A stretch of 64,000 bases of DNA from Octopus vulgaris (GCA_951406725.2 OX597815.1:203484001-203548000); one strand, 5' to 3'; positions 27,381 through 40,769 are shown, numbered from the stretch's first letter. The notes: generated from the letters alone by a model not told the origin. Translations and numbers: made by a program.

Positions 27381-27852
27381 GGTGTGGGGGGAGTGTGTGG
27401 GGGGGAGTGTGTGGGGGGGAGTGTGTGTGGGGGGAGTGTGTGTGGGGGGGAGTGTGTGTGTGGGGGAGTGTGTGTGTGGGGGAGTGTGTGTGTGCGTGTG
27501 TTTGATTCGGGCTGACCTAGGGTTGACATAACAACACATTACATTATATATATATATCTCTTGTCGATATATATATATCTAACATATATAAAGAAACTCT
27601 TTCACCGTCTACCAAATCCCACAAGGCATTGTCAGCTCGGGGCAATGAAATTCTATCGTCTGCTCCATACAATCTCTCCGACATGAAGAGACGCTAATAC
27701 AGTTCACTTCTCACAAATTTTATAACAACTCAACTAAAACGTTTTAATTCTAAATAAAAAACCTTAATTTTACTTCATCTGCTTCAGTGAAATTCTATCG
27801 TCTGCTACATACAATCTTCCCGACATGAAAAGACGCTTAGGCAGCTCACATA

Positions 27853-28053
27853 CTCTTTTACTCTTTTACTTGTTTCAGTCATTTGGCTGCGGCCATGCTG
27901 GAGCACCGCCTTTAGTCGAGCAAATCGACCCCGGGACTTATTCTTTGTAAGCCCAGTACTTATTCTATCGGCTTCTTTTGCCGAACCGCTAAGTGACGGG
28001 GACGTAAACACACCAGCATCGGTTGTCAAGCAATGCTAGGGGGACAAACACAG

Positions 28054-28100
<47 letters not shown>

Positions 28101-28270
28101 AACATATATACGACGGGCTTCTTTCAGTTTCCGTCTACCAAATCCACTCACAAGGCATTGGTCAGCCCGGGGCTATAGTAGAAGACACTTGCCCAAGATG
28201 CCACGCTGTGGGACTGAACCCGGAACCATGTGGTTGGTTAGCAAGCTACTTACCACACAGCCACTCCTAT
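27853..28270 (-). mobile_element. SINE family A
   Basis: Full-length reverse copy splitting array unit 5. Confidence 0.9.
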
Positions 28271-28817
28271 ATTATATTTTTTAATGTCTATCTTTATAAC
28301 TATCTAATGTCGTAACTTTAACGATGTACGAAACTCTGAGCTTATTTGTCTATTTTGTTATCTTATTTTGTATTCATTTTTTATAAATACTCATGTCTGA
28401 AATTTCTTCCTTCGGCGAACAATACACCAAATATCAAATATATATTCCAGAGATCTTACTTTGTATAGTTGTCTGTCGTGCTTTTTTAAAAATAACTTGC
28501 ATACCCGCGTCCCCAAAAATGCCTTCTGATTTATTAATGATAAAAAATGACACATTATTACGATCGGGAAAACTATTGACAAATGTCAGCAATCCAGTAA
28601 ATATATGTACACACACACACTCACTCACACACTCGTACATATACATATAAATGCATATATATGAATATATAAATACATGTATATATATACATACATATTG
28701 GAAGGTTTGGAGATGATGTACAGGTATTTTATATTAGAAGAAATGAGGTTCTCAGAAAATCGGATGGTTTATATTTACAGATATTTATTTGTATATTACA
28801 TTTTTTATACATCATAT

Positions 28818-28879
28818 AACTTAGATCATGTATTAGCGCTTTCTCCCATTCTAGTGGGGTTTTCAAATCAAACTAAGTT
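28818..28879 (-). ncRNA. Minimal type I hammerhead ribozyme motif, U3-A8 variant
   Basis: Minus strand AACTTAG TTTG AT-TTGAAAA-CCCCA CTAGAA TGGGA-GAAA GCGC TA-AT ACATGAT CTAAGTT. Core boxes present, stem II with first pair mismatched, palindromic stem III, two-part stem I. Confidence 0.55.
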
Positions 28880-29094
28880 CCTGTGTGAAAAGTTTTGACC
28901 ATTTTATAGTGGTATTGAGTTTGTAGTGGTGGGGAGGAATATAAGACAGTACAAGAGGATGATGGATGAGGAGAAAGTGAGAGAGAGAGCATGTGTGTGT
29001 GTGTGGGGGGGTGTCTGTGAGTTTGGAGAAGGGAAGAAAAGATAAGAGGGGAAAAAAAGGGAGGAAGGAGAAATAATTGTGTTGATATTTATAC

Positions 29095-29147
<53 letters not shown>

Positions 29148-29179
29148 TATATAAAACATCAGAAAAAAAAAACACCATT

Positions 29180-29318
29180 CATCAATTCTCCTGCATCTTG
29201 CGGCTCACCTACGATGGACCGGCATCCCGTCCAGGTGGGGAACCTATATGCCAAGGAAACCAGGAAACCGGGAAACCGTCCCTTATGAGCCAGGCGTGGC
29301 TCGAGAAGGAACAAATAA
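29180..29318 (+). mobile_element. SINE 3' fragment with V/Meta-domain-like core
   Basis: CGATGGACCGGCATCCCGTCCAGG..GAAACCGG..CCTTATGAGCC. A related copy lies at ~9080-9230. Confidence 0.5.
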
Positions 29319-29839
29319 AACCTTAGCTCACTGTCAGTGAACAGGTGACACAGTAGTAGATCTCAAGCGTTAGAAGTTGTGCAATAAAATAACAACAACA
29401 ATAACAACAACATTGTTTTGTCTTGTCTTGCTGGGTTACAACAAATATTCTGCTCAATACTACAGATTTACTTGTCAGTTGTTTGACCTTAACCAGTTGA
29501 GCATGTCCTTTAGTGACTCTCATCACGAGCAGAAGTAGTGGGGGAGCATCATAGCCATGTGTTGAAAAGAATTCTTTGGGGTTTGAAAATATGGGTGTTT
29601 CGTTCTAGATCCTTCAGCAACCTTTATTCGAGGACATTTTGAGCGAGAAGGGCTATTCGACCTGAAGAAAATTCTAACTGGGCTCCACTTGCGAGGTCAT
29701 GCGCTCACCATGTCGCGCATATTTAGTTGTAGTATATGTGCCTGGTGTACCCTTATCAGACGTGTAGTAATGATGGGGTATACTGGGTTTCGTATATTTT
29801 ACCCCAATGTCACTTTGATGGCATGCACATCTCTCTCGT

Positions 29840-29840
<1 letters not shown>

Positions 29841-29872
<32 letters not shown>

Positions 29873-30063
29873 GTAATAATAATAATAATAATAATAGTAA
29901 TAATAATAATAGTAATAATAATAATAGTAATAATAATAATAATAGTAATAATAATAATAGTAATAATAATAATAATAGTAATAATAATAATAGTAATAAT
30001 AATAATAGTAATAGTAATAATAATAGTAATAATAATAACAGCAACAACAAGGACAATAATAAT
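29841..30063. repeat. (AAT)n microsatellite with AGT interruptions
   Basis: Read directly. Confidence 0.95.
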
Positions 30064-30280
30064 TATTTCTTTACTACCCACAAGAGGCTAAACAAAGAGG
30101 GGACAAACAAGGTCAGACAGACGGATTAAGTCGATAATATCGACTCCAGTGCGTAATTGGTACTTAGTTAATCGACCCCGAAAAGATGAAAGACAAAATC
30201 GACCTCGGTGGAATTTGAACTCAGAACGTTGCGGCAGACGAAATACGACTACGCATTTCGCCCGGCGTGCTAACGTTTAG
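30064..30280 (-). mobile_element. Nin-domain-type SINE (family C)
   Basis: Reverse-strand match to the 16577 unit. Confidence 0.8.
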
Positions 30281-31639
30281 CGATAGAAGATATATTAGAA
30301 TAAGCAGAACAAGCAAAATATTTGTTTTGTGGAATAAGGAGTAGTAACAGACAATGTGTTATTGTACGTTCAGATATTGGGAAGTTTGTGTTAAAAAGTT
30401 TGTATGTCTACATATTAGAGGGTAAAACTTTCACATGAAATTGTGGATATTAAAGTTTCAAGGATGTGGGTTGAAGTTTTAGTTATTTGGTTGTTTGATT
30501 ATAAACGAATGGCTATTTGGAAATCAGTCAAAACTGACCCAGGGCTTAAAATGGTTATAAAGCTGGCCCAAGGCTAAAAATAGTTACAAAACTGGCCCAG
30601 GGCTAAAAATAGTCAGAAGTGAAATAGGTAATATTTACAAGTTTACCTAGAAATGAAGTGATTCATTAAAAATATTTACTATTAAAAGTTTTCGTCGATT
30701 TGCGTTGTTTATATAAACTAATCTGATACAAGGGAGATAAATCTCCTTCATATTCTGCGTCACATTTCATACGACTAAACCTAGAGATATATTGGAGAAG
30801 ATTGTAAGTGAAATTCATGCTTTTCTAACGGTATTTCTAACAATGGATAAAGGGACAGAAATGGCGAAATGTGTTGTAGACTTAAACACCTTTGAATTTA
30901 ACACTGTTATTTACTGTTTACAATAAACAATTAAAAAAGTATTCAAGGGAAATAATTTGAACATAAGCAGAATAGAAGTTATCTACCTTGGAATTTTTAA
31001 TGATACTGCTAGAGGTTAATGAAGATTGCTTTACAATCCAAGGTCTATATTTGATGCTATGTTTGCTGTTTCTTAGCCCTAGGTCAGTCCTAATCAAGTG
31101 TACATATGGTCAACAATATTCCAGATGTGACCATCCTTCATTTTTACCTAAACTGTAATTTAAAGCACATTATCTAATGTGTTATTTCTTTTTAGAGTCT
31201 GTATGAGGTGATTTGAATGAGATTTCGTTGCGATTCCTACCACGATGAGCGACCATTTATGATAACTTTTGTAATTTAACTAAAATCTAGTCTTCATATG
31301 CAGTCGAATCAATGATACTCTCTCTGGTAATATTAAGGCTCCATTAATAATGCATCTTAGGTATAAATAGAATTATAATAGATGAAGCAGAACTTCAGTT
31401 GCATCTTCAGTTTACACTCGGGAAAGCATTAACGTTACAACTTAAAAACACTCTCGAATATGCGACCCCCCACACATGCACATGCACAAGCATGCATGCA
31501 CGCACGCGCGTGTTCGTGCACACAGATACGCGCGTGCACATGATTCATTCCGAAAGCAAAGCACTACTAAATACAACTTTAATTGACATATGTCGGTCAA
31601 CTTCTTCATTGCAGTAGAGCAAACTAACTATGATTACAT

Positions 31640-32460
31640 AACATAATAATCGCATGCGATGTAGTTGCATCATCGATGAAACTAAACCTCGAATCCGTTT
31701 TAGGAAAAAATTAGGAGTACGTTGTTGTACCTATTTTTTCACAACAACTTTTACCTTGTCCTTGTCATCAGATCATTGTCTAAAGAGACTGACTTTCCTT
31801 GGACTGAACTTGTGGAAGTTGGGGAGCCCCAGATCCAGGCTGTGTACCACTTCTCATCTAAATTAGCCAGTTGCCTACTTTGTTGCCAAAGATGTATGTG
31901 GTCGTGCGTTGTTATGGTGATTGTGGATCGTTTTCAAATTTTTGGCTGACCTCTTTCTCCTAATGGTTTCTCTGAGCATCTTTTTGTGTTTCAGTGTATC
32001 TCTCACTGTTCGAGGTACAGCCATGTACAAAACTTCAGAGAGAATGACGCGCATGTCATCCTCGAGAACAATCATCTTGATTTTCTGTATCGTCTCTCGC
32101 TCTCGAACACCTTAGTCTTTGGAGAAGAAGTGTGACGCCATTTCTTGTATTGAGACCTCATTTCCAAATCAAAGATATACCCATATTTCATCCCTTGTCA
32201 ACAGCTCGGAGAAAAATGTGTCTTTACAGATCAGAACAGATTTTCACCTTTCCCCACTTCAAATCAGCGGTGAACTGTCGAGGTACCCACTTAACAGACT
32301 CTCACTTTCCCATACCCAACGGCTTCCGTCATATACTCTGAAGCATATGATCACAATTCAGTTGAGCAATTGGCTTACGGATTTTGATCGTCCGTTCAGG
32401 TGAATAATTCATTTACTTGCTAGCAATTGAAGTCAGTGGTTACAGATGATGATCTCTTAT
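31640..32460 (-). mobile_element. Decayed mariner transposase
   Basis: Minus frame LRETIRRKR...HHNNARPHTSLAT followed by a decayed DLAP-like segment. Confidence 0.7.
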
Positions 32461-32613
32461 TTTTTTCCCCCAATGCTATTTCCCATTTTAAAACTTCTTT
32501 ATACATCTGTGCTTTTACTCAATATTTCACGTCGAAAGACGTGACTTCCAAGTAGCGTGAAAATGCGAACTCTTCTGTCAAGTAAGGTAAGCAGGCTACT
32601 TACACACAGCATA

Positions 32614-32734
<121 letters not shown>

Positions 32735-32980
32735 GCATAATTAAAGATTACAAACCTCATTTAGAGATAGAAAAATCCCATGAAAGTACTGTTAAAATGA
32801 GATGTGTATGTTATTTTCACGATACGCTGCAACGCTGCAAGGTCAAACCCATTATGGACGGGAACCCCAGGATAACCCCATAAACCGGCATCCTCTATTA
32901 TAATATTAACTGCTCTACAACTCAGAGTGTGCTTCTTCTCCGGATTTGTTTTCTACAAACAATGCATGCACACACACACG

Positions 32981-33032
<52 letters not shown>

Positions 33033-33036
<4 letters not shown>

Positions 33037-33905
33037 TCTCGACATCCAGAGCCTTTACACAGAGATCCCTCATCATGAGGGGCTGCGTGCACTCTAACAT
33101 TTCCTTGACACCTCCACACTCGTTCGTCTGTCCGAACTTGTCCTCTTACTCAACTACTTCTCGTTCGCGGGCGATTTCTATCAGCATTGCTCGGGAGTGA
33201 CCATGGGAATGAGAATGGGCCCCAACTATGCAAACCTGTTCGTTGGCTATGTTGAGCCCCAAATATTCTCAAGTTTCACTGGTCCCACTCCCGAACTACA
33301 TGGCCGTTATATTGACGACTGTATCGTTGCAACCTCACTCTCCCGTGAACATCTAGACTCCTTCCTCTCTTTTGTCAAATCTTTCCATCCTGCCCTCCAC
33401 CTCTTCTGCACTATCTCCTTTCTTGACATTTCGGTTAGCATTCATCACTCCACTCTTACCACCTCCATCCACTATAAACACACAGACTCGCACTCATACC
33501 TCAACTTCTCCTCCCACACTAAACACACCAAACTTTCCATCCCCTATTCCAAATTCCTCCGTCTACGCAGGCTCTGTAGTAACGACCATGATTTTGAGAC
33601 TCAGTCTCAATTCATGGCTCGCCACTTCATCCTACGTGGATATCCCCTCACCACTATCCACTCCGCCCTTGCCAGAGCACGTTCCGTAGAACGTGCATCT
33701 GCTCTCTTCCCCCGAACTCGCTCTGTAGTCTCCCGTCTCCTTCACCTGCACTTCTACCAATATCATCTGTTGCATCTCCTGCACTCTCAGTCATTCTCTG
33801 TACATCGGACAAACGGGACTCCGCTTGGCTGACCGGTTCGCAGAACACCTCCGAGACATCCGCCTCGGCAATGACAGCCCGGTCTCATGCCATTTCCGCT
33901 CTTTG
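33033..33905 (+). mobile_element. Penelope-like retroelement remnant (RT plus GIY-YIG endonuclease)
   Basis: GVTMGMRMGPNYANLFVG, RYIDDC, ISFLD, TSIHYKHTDSHSYL, RLRRLCS, RGYP, then frameshifted YIGQTGLRLADRFAEH. Begins directly after a (TA)n tract. Confidence 0.9.
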
Positions 33906-34797
33906 CAACACCTGTAGAAGAAAACAGAGGAAGGGAAGGACAACAACAAAAGGACAACAACAAAAGTAACAGCAACAAAACTACTACAACCACAAGAATA
34001 CAAACCTGAATCTTCTGCTAGGTCAAAAGAAAGAAAGCTGAGAAAATGTCTGTGTCTTTTCGCAAAAACACAAGCTTCATAAACAATTATTGGAACGTCT
34101 GACAAAATCCATACTCGTTCGCGAGTGACGGTGGTCAGCACTTAATCTGATAACACAGGAATGTAAGTTGTGTAGAAAAGAGTAATTTCCGCGTGATTAT
34201 TTTGTAGCATAGTTGATATCAGTGGAGTATTCACAAATGGCAAATGTCTAGTTGCTGCAAATTGTATAAATTGAGGTTTCTTGTGAATAAAATACAGGTT
34301 CTTTATCATTTAATAAATAACATAGCATATACAAATACATGTGTGTATGTCTATACATCATCATCATCATCATCATCATCACCACCATCGACATCATCAT
34401 CATTTAACATCCTTTGTTAATGCTGGCATAAGTTGGAAACAATGTTTCACGCCGAATTGCAATATCGCCCACTATCGGCCAAAACATGCTCCATCGCCCA
34501 TCTATTAAAAAAATAAACCCTAACACAACCCTCCCTACACTAAATCCCCTAGGAGAACCCCCCTTGTATCATTTGACGCATACACTATATCGTAGACTCG
34601 CTGCCCGATTAGTGCCGTTTGGACTAGATATGCGGTTGTTTACAAATCCCTTATTGTGGGTTTAGTTTTGCCTTTAGTGTGAATAAAATTCTAACATAAA
34701 CTCTATATTATGTAGACAGATTAACTTCAGTAAACTTGCGCTTTCTTTTACACTGAATAATTAATGATTGTATTATAAAGGAAACTAATACAACTTT

Positions 34798-36401
34798 TTA
34801 ATGAGAACTATGTGTCTGGTGTAATGCAGCTAGTGCAGATACATTCGATTTCAAACTTGTCAACTTTAGCCGCAAGTCTCCTCGTTGTGTTACATCCAGT
34901 CCAATTCTTTTATAGAAAATTAAAGTTCCAGCATGGCTAAAACCAGATTCAACCAGGTACGAGGTAGGGAAGGCAAGCAACAGCAATATCAGACGTTTCC
35001 ACAGATTGGGGTAGGAGTTCAATATACTTTGATGGTGCCACAAACCTTCTTTGCCTTTACGGCGATATCGCATTATGGCGTCATTGCCATTTTGTAATTC
35101 TATCAATTCCTCATGAACATCGTCCTCGCAATCAACTACATCGACCTCAAACGGATTGCTATACCACTTTGGAATATTCAGCGCAATAAACATCTTGAAA
35201 TCGTTCCACCATGCCATATTACCGATATGTAGTTAAATCCTATCAACCAATTCATCTTTCAAAGAATCAAGTTGTGGAAATTGAGGAAACTGGCGCTTTG
35301 AAATCTTAGTCTTATACAGCACCAATTTGGAAATGAAGTTAGTGATAGTTCAACAAAGCGTAAAATACAGTTTCCTTTTGATAGCCACTGCACTTCGGTA
35401 TGGTATAAAAGTTTAGTATAGTCCTCATCATTTCTTAAACAGAGTTGATGGAAAATTCAATCTGACAAGGGACTGAATTTCAATTTGTTCACAGTCTTAA
35501 TAACTAACTAGCGCATCATTCAATCTATCGTTCATATTTTTTGCCACTAAATGCTGCCGGTGTGCCAAGCAAAGAACAGTTAGTACCTGGTGAGAAATTT
35601 CACGCTTTAGGAGAGATGAAAAGCCTCTGTATCGTCCTATCATCGAAGGGGCTCCATCAGACTTACAGGCAAGAATATTACTCAGTGGGATACTACGTTA
35701 AAAAAAAAAAGACTTGAGAATGTGAAAAATAATTGCACCTTTTGAATCAAGCGGCAATTTCTCTGTGAACAGTATTTCCTAACAAGGAAATACCAGACAT
35801 ATACCATCATCAAACATTGATTGTCCGCAACAGTTGACTCATCCACTTGTATAGAAAATTCAGAACGCTGGAGAATATTAATGAGCTGATGCTTGACATC
35901 GTTGGCCGTTTCATCGATGCGCCGAGAAATCGTGTTATTACTAAGTGGGATCTTCATGTTATCGGGTTTTTCGGGCGTAACGGTTGACAAAACCGCTTCA
36001 ATAGCCGGGTGAAGTAATGTTTCTCCAATTGTGTGAGACTTCCCAGACTTAGCAACAAGTAACGCAATGTTGTACGATGCAATCAAACCATCATTCTCCT
36101 GTTTACTAGTTTTCTGGAGTAGCATGTTGAATGTTTGTGTTTGCTTTTTGAAAGAGGCGCTCAGTAGCAAAAAGTATGACAACGGCTTGTGCTTCTTGTC
36201 AGAATGCTTTGCATCAAAGTTATACTTCAAGCGTGAAGATTTCATTGCTTCGTTGGTCAATGTTTGATGGTAATGAAGGTATATTAGTAACTGACAGTTA
36301 TGAGGAGTGGGAATAAATACAAATGATAAGTAATCACTACTGTATTGTCGACAAATTTTATTGACTGGAGGCATCAGTAAAATGAAAAAGTGAAAACGCA
36401 T
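34798..36401 (-). mobile_element. hAT (Charlie/Buster, ZBED5-like) transposase pseudogene
   Basis: RQYSSDYLSF, LTNEAMKSSRL, KSHTIGETL, IPLSNNTISRRID, FSIQVDEST, CLAHRQHLVAK and FPTSYLVESGFS motifs. Frameshifts and stops between the two ORFs. Confidence 0.9.
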
Positions 36402-37099
36402 TTCTACGGACGGCGTCAGAAAGGTAGTCTGGCATTCCTAAAGAGAAGTTGATAGAGCAGAGTCAGGTGACACGTCTTTACTGGAGCAAATACGGATCTA
36501 GTTCGTATGGCTGCCAGCATTTCAAAAATTAAAGTTTATCGAAATTTTTTTAATTTGGCACATTAATGTACCTTTCCATGCTAAATTGTTGGAGTTTCAG
36601 TTTTTTGTAGAAAAATGTTTTAAAAAAGTTATAGAGATTTAAAGTTTGATCATTTTCACCCAGTCAAGAAACACAATTTTGAAGGCGTCATTTTGTGCGC
36701 GACTGCACATTTTGTCAACATCCTGAAAATAGCACTTGTGTTTTGATATGAGACCGTAGAATTACGCACGACATATAACCCCTCATAACTTTTTTTTATT
36801 TTTCGGAGTTTTCAGAAAATTTTTGCGAAATTGTATTCTACACACGGGACTTCATAGGATTATGAAAAAGAAAAACCCAAAAACAGAGCAAAAATTCTGG
36901 TGGAGCGTAATTTAAGGCCTAGGCGTACTTCGCTGCTATTTTTAGCACATATAACAACCATCTCAATGACTGTGCAACAAAACAAATTAAATCGATAAAC
37001 AAGTTCGCCTTTCTTTAATACAAAAGGACGTCTCATGCGAATAGTCAAATCGATAAAAGTGCATGCTTACTCTAGGCATGTCTAGATATAGGTAAATGT

Positions 37100-37318
37100 T
37101 TGTGTGTCTGTGTTTGTTCCCCTAGCATTGCTTGATAACCGATGCTGGTGTGTTTATGTCCCCGTTACCTAGCGGTTCGGCAAAAGAGACCGATAGAATA
37201 AGTACTGGGCTTACAAAAGAATAAGTCCCGGGGTCGAGTTGCTCGATTAAAGGCGGTGCTCCAGCATGGCCGCCGTCAAATGACTGAAACAAGTAAAAGA
37301 ATAAAAGAGAGAGAGAGT
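37100..37318 (+). mobile_element. SINE family A, 3' half
   Basis: Matches the family body and tail. Confidence 0.85.
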
Positions 37319-37519
37319 AACAATGAGAATAAATAGTTTAATAAGAAGGGTGGTATTAGTTGAGGTGGTAAGTTACTAGGCAGACCTTATCGTACCTCAA
37401 GGTTAATTTTAGTTAAGGATACTTATAGTTATGGGATTACATAGATTTAATAAAATGAGCGAATGATGAGTAAACCTGTGTTTATAAGACAGTATAACAT
37501 CTGAGAACCCATTAATGTT

Positions 37520-38046
37520 ACTTCTTTTCACGAGGCCTTATAGTTAATTCTGCCGCCTACATTGAGGTCCTGGCAATAACTCTCAAGCCCTGGATAGACA
37601 GTGTATGCAATGGAACAGCAAGACTGCACTATCAAACATGGCTCTAATAACACAGGAATGGATGGCTGAAAATTTTCATGATCACATAACCCCTAACATA
37701 TGGCCTCCTAATTCCACAGATCTCAATCCACTGGACTACTACATGCAAAGCGGTTTTGAAAGAGAGGTCAATGAATACGCCCATAACATCAAAGATTCTT
37801 TGGAAGCGGCCATAGTTAGAATAGTATCCAAAATGAACCAGGACCACTTAATTCGAGCATGTAGATGATTTAGATCCCATATAGAAGCAGTTGTTGAAGC
37901 TGAAGGTGACTTTATTGAACAACAATATAGAAAATAATTTTTATTTTTATCCTCAGCATTTTTTGATAAAGTTATATGTTATTATATATATCTGTCTTTT
38001 TTTTTTAGAAACATAAATCTGTCCTCAAATTTCTTATGAACCCTGT

Positions 38047-38047
<1 letters not shown>
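37520..38047 (+). mobile_element. Tc1/mariner-superfamily (maT/DD37D-like) transposase 3' remnant
   Basis: TQEWMAENF...WPPNSTDLNPLDYY...LIRACR, with a terminal TIR-like CTTATGAACCCTG then TA. Confidence 0.75.
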
Positions 38048-38088
<41 letters not shown>

Positions 38089-38118
38089 TATTTGGATTAT
38101 GTATGTATATATATGTAT

Positions 38119-38165
<47 letters not shown>

Positions 38166-38347
38166 CGACAAATAAGAAAATAGAGAGGATACAAAAACGA
38201 CATACATCAGCTGGTAGACATTCTAGTATGTCTATCAGATAACTCCTAACATTTGGCCTCCTAATTCTCCAGAACTCGATCCATTGGACTAGTACATGCA
38301 AGGCGTCTTTGTCTTATTATTTGGATTATGCAATATATATATTTTAC

Positions 38348-38415
<68 letters not shown>

Positions 38416-38792
38416 ATGTATGTATGTATGTATGTATGTATGTATGTATGTATGTATGTATGTATGTATATATATAGTCAATCCAAACATGAACAAGCAA
38501 GAAAAAACAATAACGCGAGGACGTGGAATAAGTACAGTGTTATTGGACGCTCAGGAAAGGAAGGAAAATAAAGAGGATTTAACGTTTCGAGGGTTCATAG
38601 ACTCCTAGCTCTTCAGTGCCCTGCCACAAAAATTAAAAAATCTGCATAAAGTGGAAGCAGATGTCTTCAAAAGGAACTGTCATCCTCCTCTCCACAATAC
38701 CGGATGAACCAACAGCCAGACATAAGGTACAGACGAGGGTAGCGGAATCAAACGCCCTCATTCATTATATTAAACATTTGCGAAAAGTAATC

Positions 38793-39878
38793 ATGCCACG
38801 CACAAAAAAATTCAGTAGAACTGTCAGATTTTCAAAGAGGTCGTATTGTTGGGCAATCTGAGGCTGGTCTTAGCCAGCGAAAAATTGCCGAAGATCTTCA
38901 ATTTCCTCTTGCTACTGTTAATAGAATTATAGTGCAATTCAAAAGCCAAGGAAAAGAATCAACAGATTCTCGTCTCGGCCGACCTGGGCTCTCGCTTTTT
39001 GAAGAGAATTGTGGAAAACGAGCCCCGTTCGAAGGTTTCTGACATTACAAAACAGCTAGAAGTTAGCCCAAGAATGTGCGTTACACATATGCATAAGCTT
39101 GGATATTATGGACGAGCAGCTAGAAGAAAACCTCTCCTTCAACTAATTAATATCATGAAAAGAAAGAAATGGGCTAAGGCGATGTCAGAAAAATCCAGTT
39201 CATTTTGGGATAGTGATTTTCTCAGGTGAATCCAGATTTGCATTATTTTCAGACATAGGACGTGTTTGGGTCTGGAGGCTTTCCAATCAAGAATTTTATT
39301 TGAAACGACTCCAACCAACTGTGAAATATGGCGGTATCTCTTTAATGGTATAGGGAGCTGTCACCAGCAATGGTTGTTCTGAGTTGATCGAATGTGCTGG
39401 AACCATAAACTCTGAAAAATACATCGAAATACTCAAGCAAGGACTACTTACGATGTATTCACACGATTACATAACGAAAAATGAGTTTTTATTCATGGAA
39501 GATGGGGCTCAGTGCCACACAGCGAAAAGAAATCAAGAATGGCTGACTGAAAATGGGATCAAAAAGCTTCTTTGGCCGAGCCATTCTCCTGACATGAACC
39601 CAATTGAAAATCTTTGGAGCATACTATGCGAAAAACTCGACAGAAACCTAAATATAAAGATGAATTGTTTCGATTGTTGCGTGAAAAGTGGGCAGAAATT
39701 CCATAAGAGATAATCACAAAGCTCATCAGTCCAATGCCAAAAAGAGTTTCTGAATTAAAAACTGCAAAGGGAATGTCAACTAAATACTAAAGTATGTAGT
39801 CCTACCTATCGATTACGTTTTGCGTATTAAATAAAGGATTTTGAAAATTAAAGGTGTCTACTTCCTGCAATTATGTGT
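38793..39878 (+). mobile_element. Tc1-like (DD34E) transposase pseudogene
   Basis: [35 protein letters not shown] and WPSHSPDMNPIENLW motifs, several frameshifts, stop at 39790. Confidence 0.9.
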
Positions 39879-39933
39879 ATGTATGTATGTATGTATGTAT
39901 GTATCTATGTATGTATGTATGTATCTATGTATG

Positions 39934-39981
<48 letters not shown>

Positions 39982-39982
39982 C

Positions 39983-40043
<61 letters not shown>

Positions 40044-40093
40044 AAGAAAAAGTAAAGATAGAAAATGGTAAAATAATTTTATAAAAAACATTT

Positions 40094-40129
40094 CAGTACC
40101 GGTTTCAGTCATTGAGACTTTTTCAACTG
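40094..40129 (-). ncRNA. Minimal type I hammerhead ribozyme motif, U3-A8 variant
   Basis: Minus strand CAG-TTGAAAA-AGTC TCAAT GACT-GAAAC CG GTA-CTG. Stem I 3 bp, stem II 4 bp, palindromic stem III (ACCGGT), cleavage triplet GUA. Confidence 0.7.
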
Positions 40130-40401
40130 TAAGTAAGGAAAACAATTAAATTTTGGAAAAATTAAAAGAAAAGTTTTTTTTAAAGAATATTTGCATACTG
40201 TTCAAATACAAGTGACATTTTCCTTGTTTCTGCCTGTCTCTGTCTCTCTTTTTTACTCTTGTGGGTTCGCGGTCCACAAGGACCTCGACCCCCACCCCAC
40301 ATATATGTATGTGTATATAAATATAAATGATAAATATCTTTGCAATACAAGAGTATTATTTTCCAGTTAAATAAAGCACCGAAAAGGTACAATTATAAAT
40401 A

Positions 40402-40769
40402 GGAAATAGTGGCACACTAAGGCACCAATGTTTGCTGGAAATAGTAGTGGATAACCGGACGACGCTATATAAAGCTTCAGCAAACATATGCAGGTAAAAT
40501 TGTGTGCGGGCGGCGAACATAAAAAATGTTCGTCTTATCTCTAGGAAGAACGCTGGATGAATGGACAATCTAGAATGGATAACCTGGTACTGGAGTTTCG
40601 GACTTTCCAGAATACGTTTGTTAGCGTAAATTTTTCTAGTCTTCAGCAAGTCCGAAACTCAAGTTCTAGTTTATACATTCTAGGTTGTCCATTTATCCGC
40701 TTTACATAACATTGTACGGTTATCAACTATTTCCATCAAACATTGGTGCCTTGGTGGGCCACTATTTCC
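40402..40769. mobile_element. Foldback MITE flanked by TA
   Basis: 40402-40475 pairs with 40698-40769 and 40555-40606 pairs with 40648-40698. TA at both ends. Confidence 0.75.

Noticed and set aside
28393-28650. 85-aa ORF downstream of the array
   Set aside because: It overlaps sequence homologous to the intron-like part of unit 1, where the frame is not kept, and it ends in a microsatellite.
29674-30129. Poly-Asn, poly-Ile and poly-Leu ORFs
   Set aside because: Translations of the (AAT)n tract.
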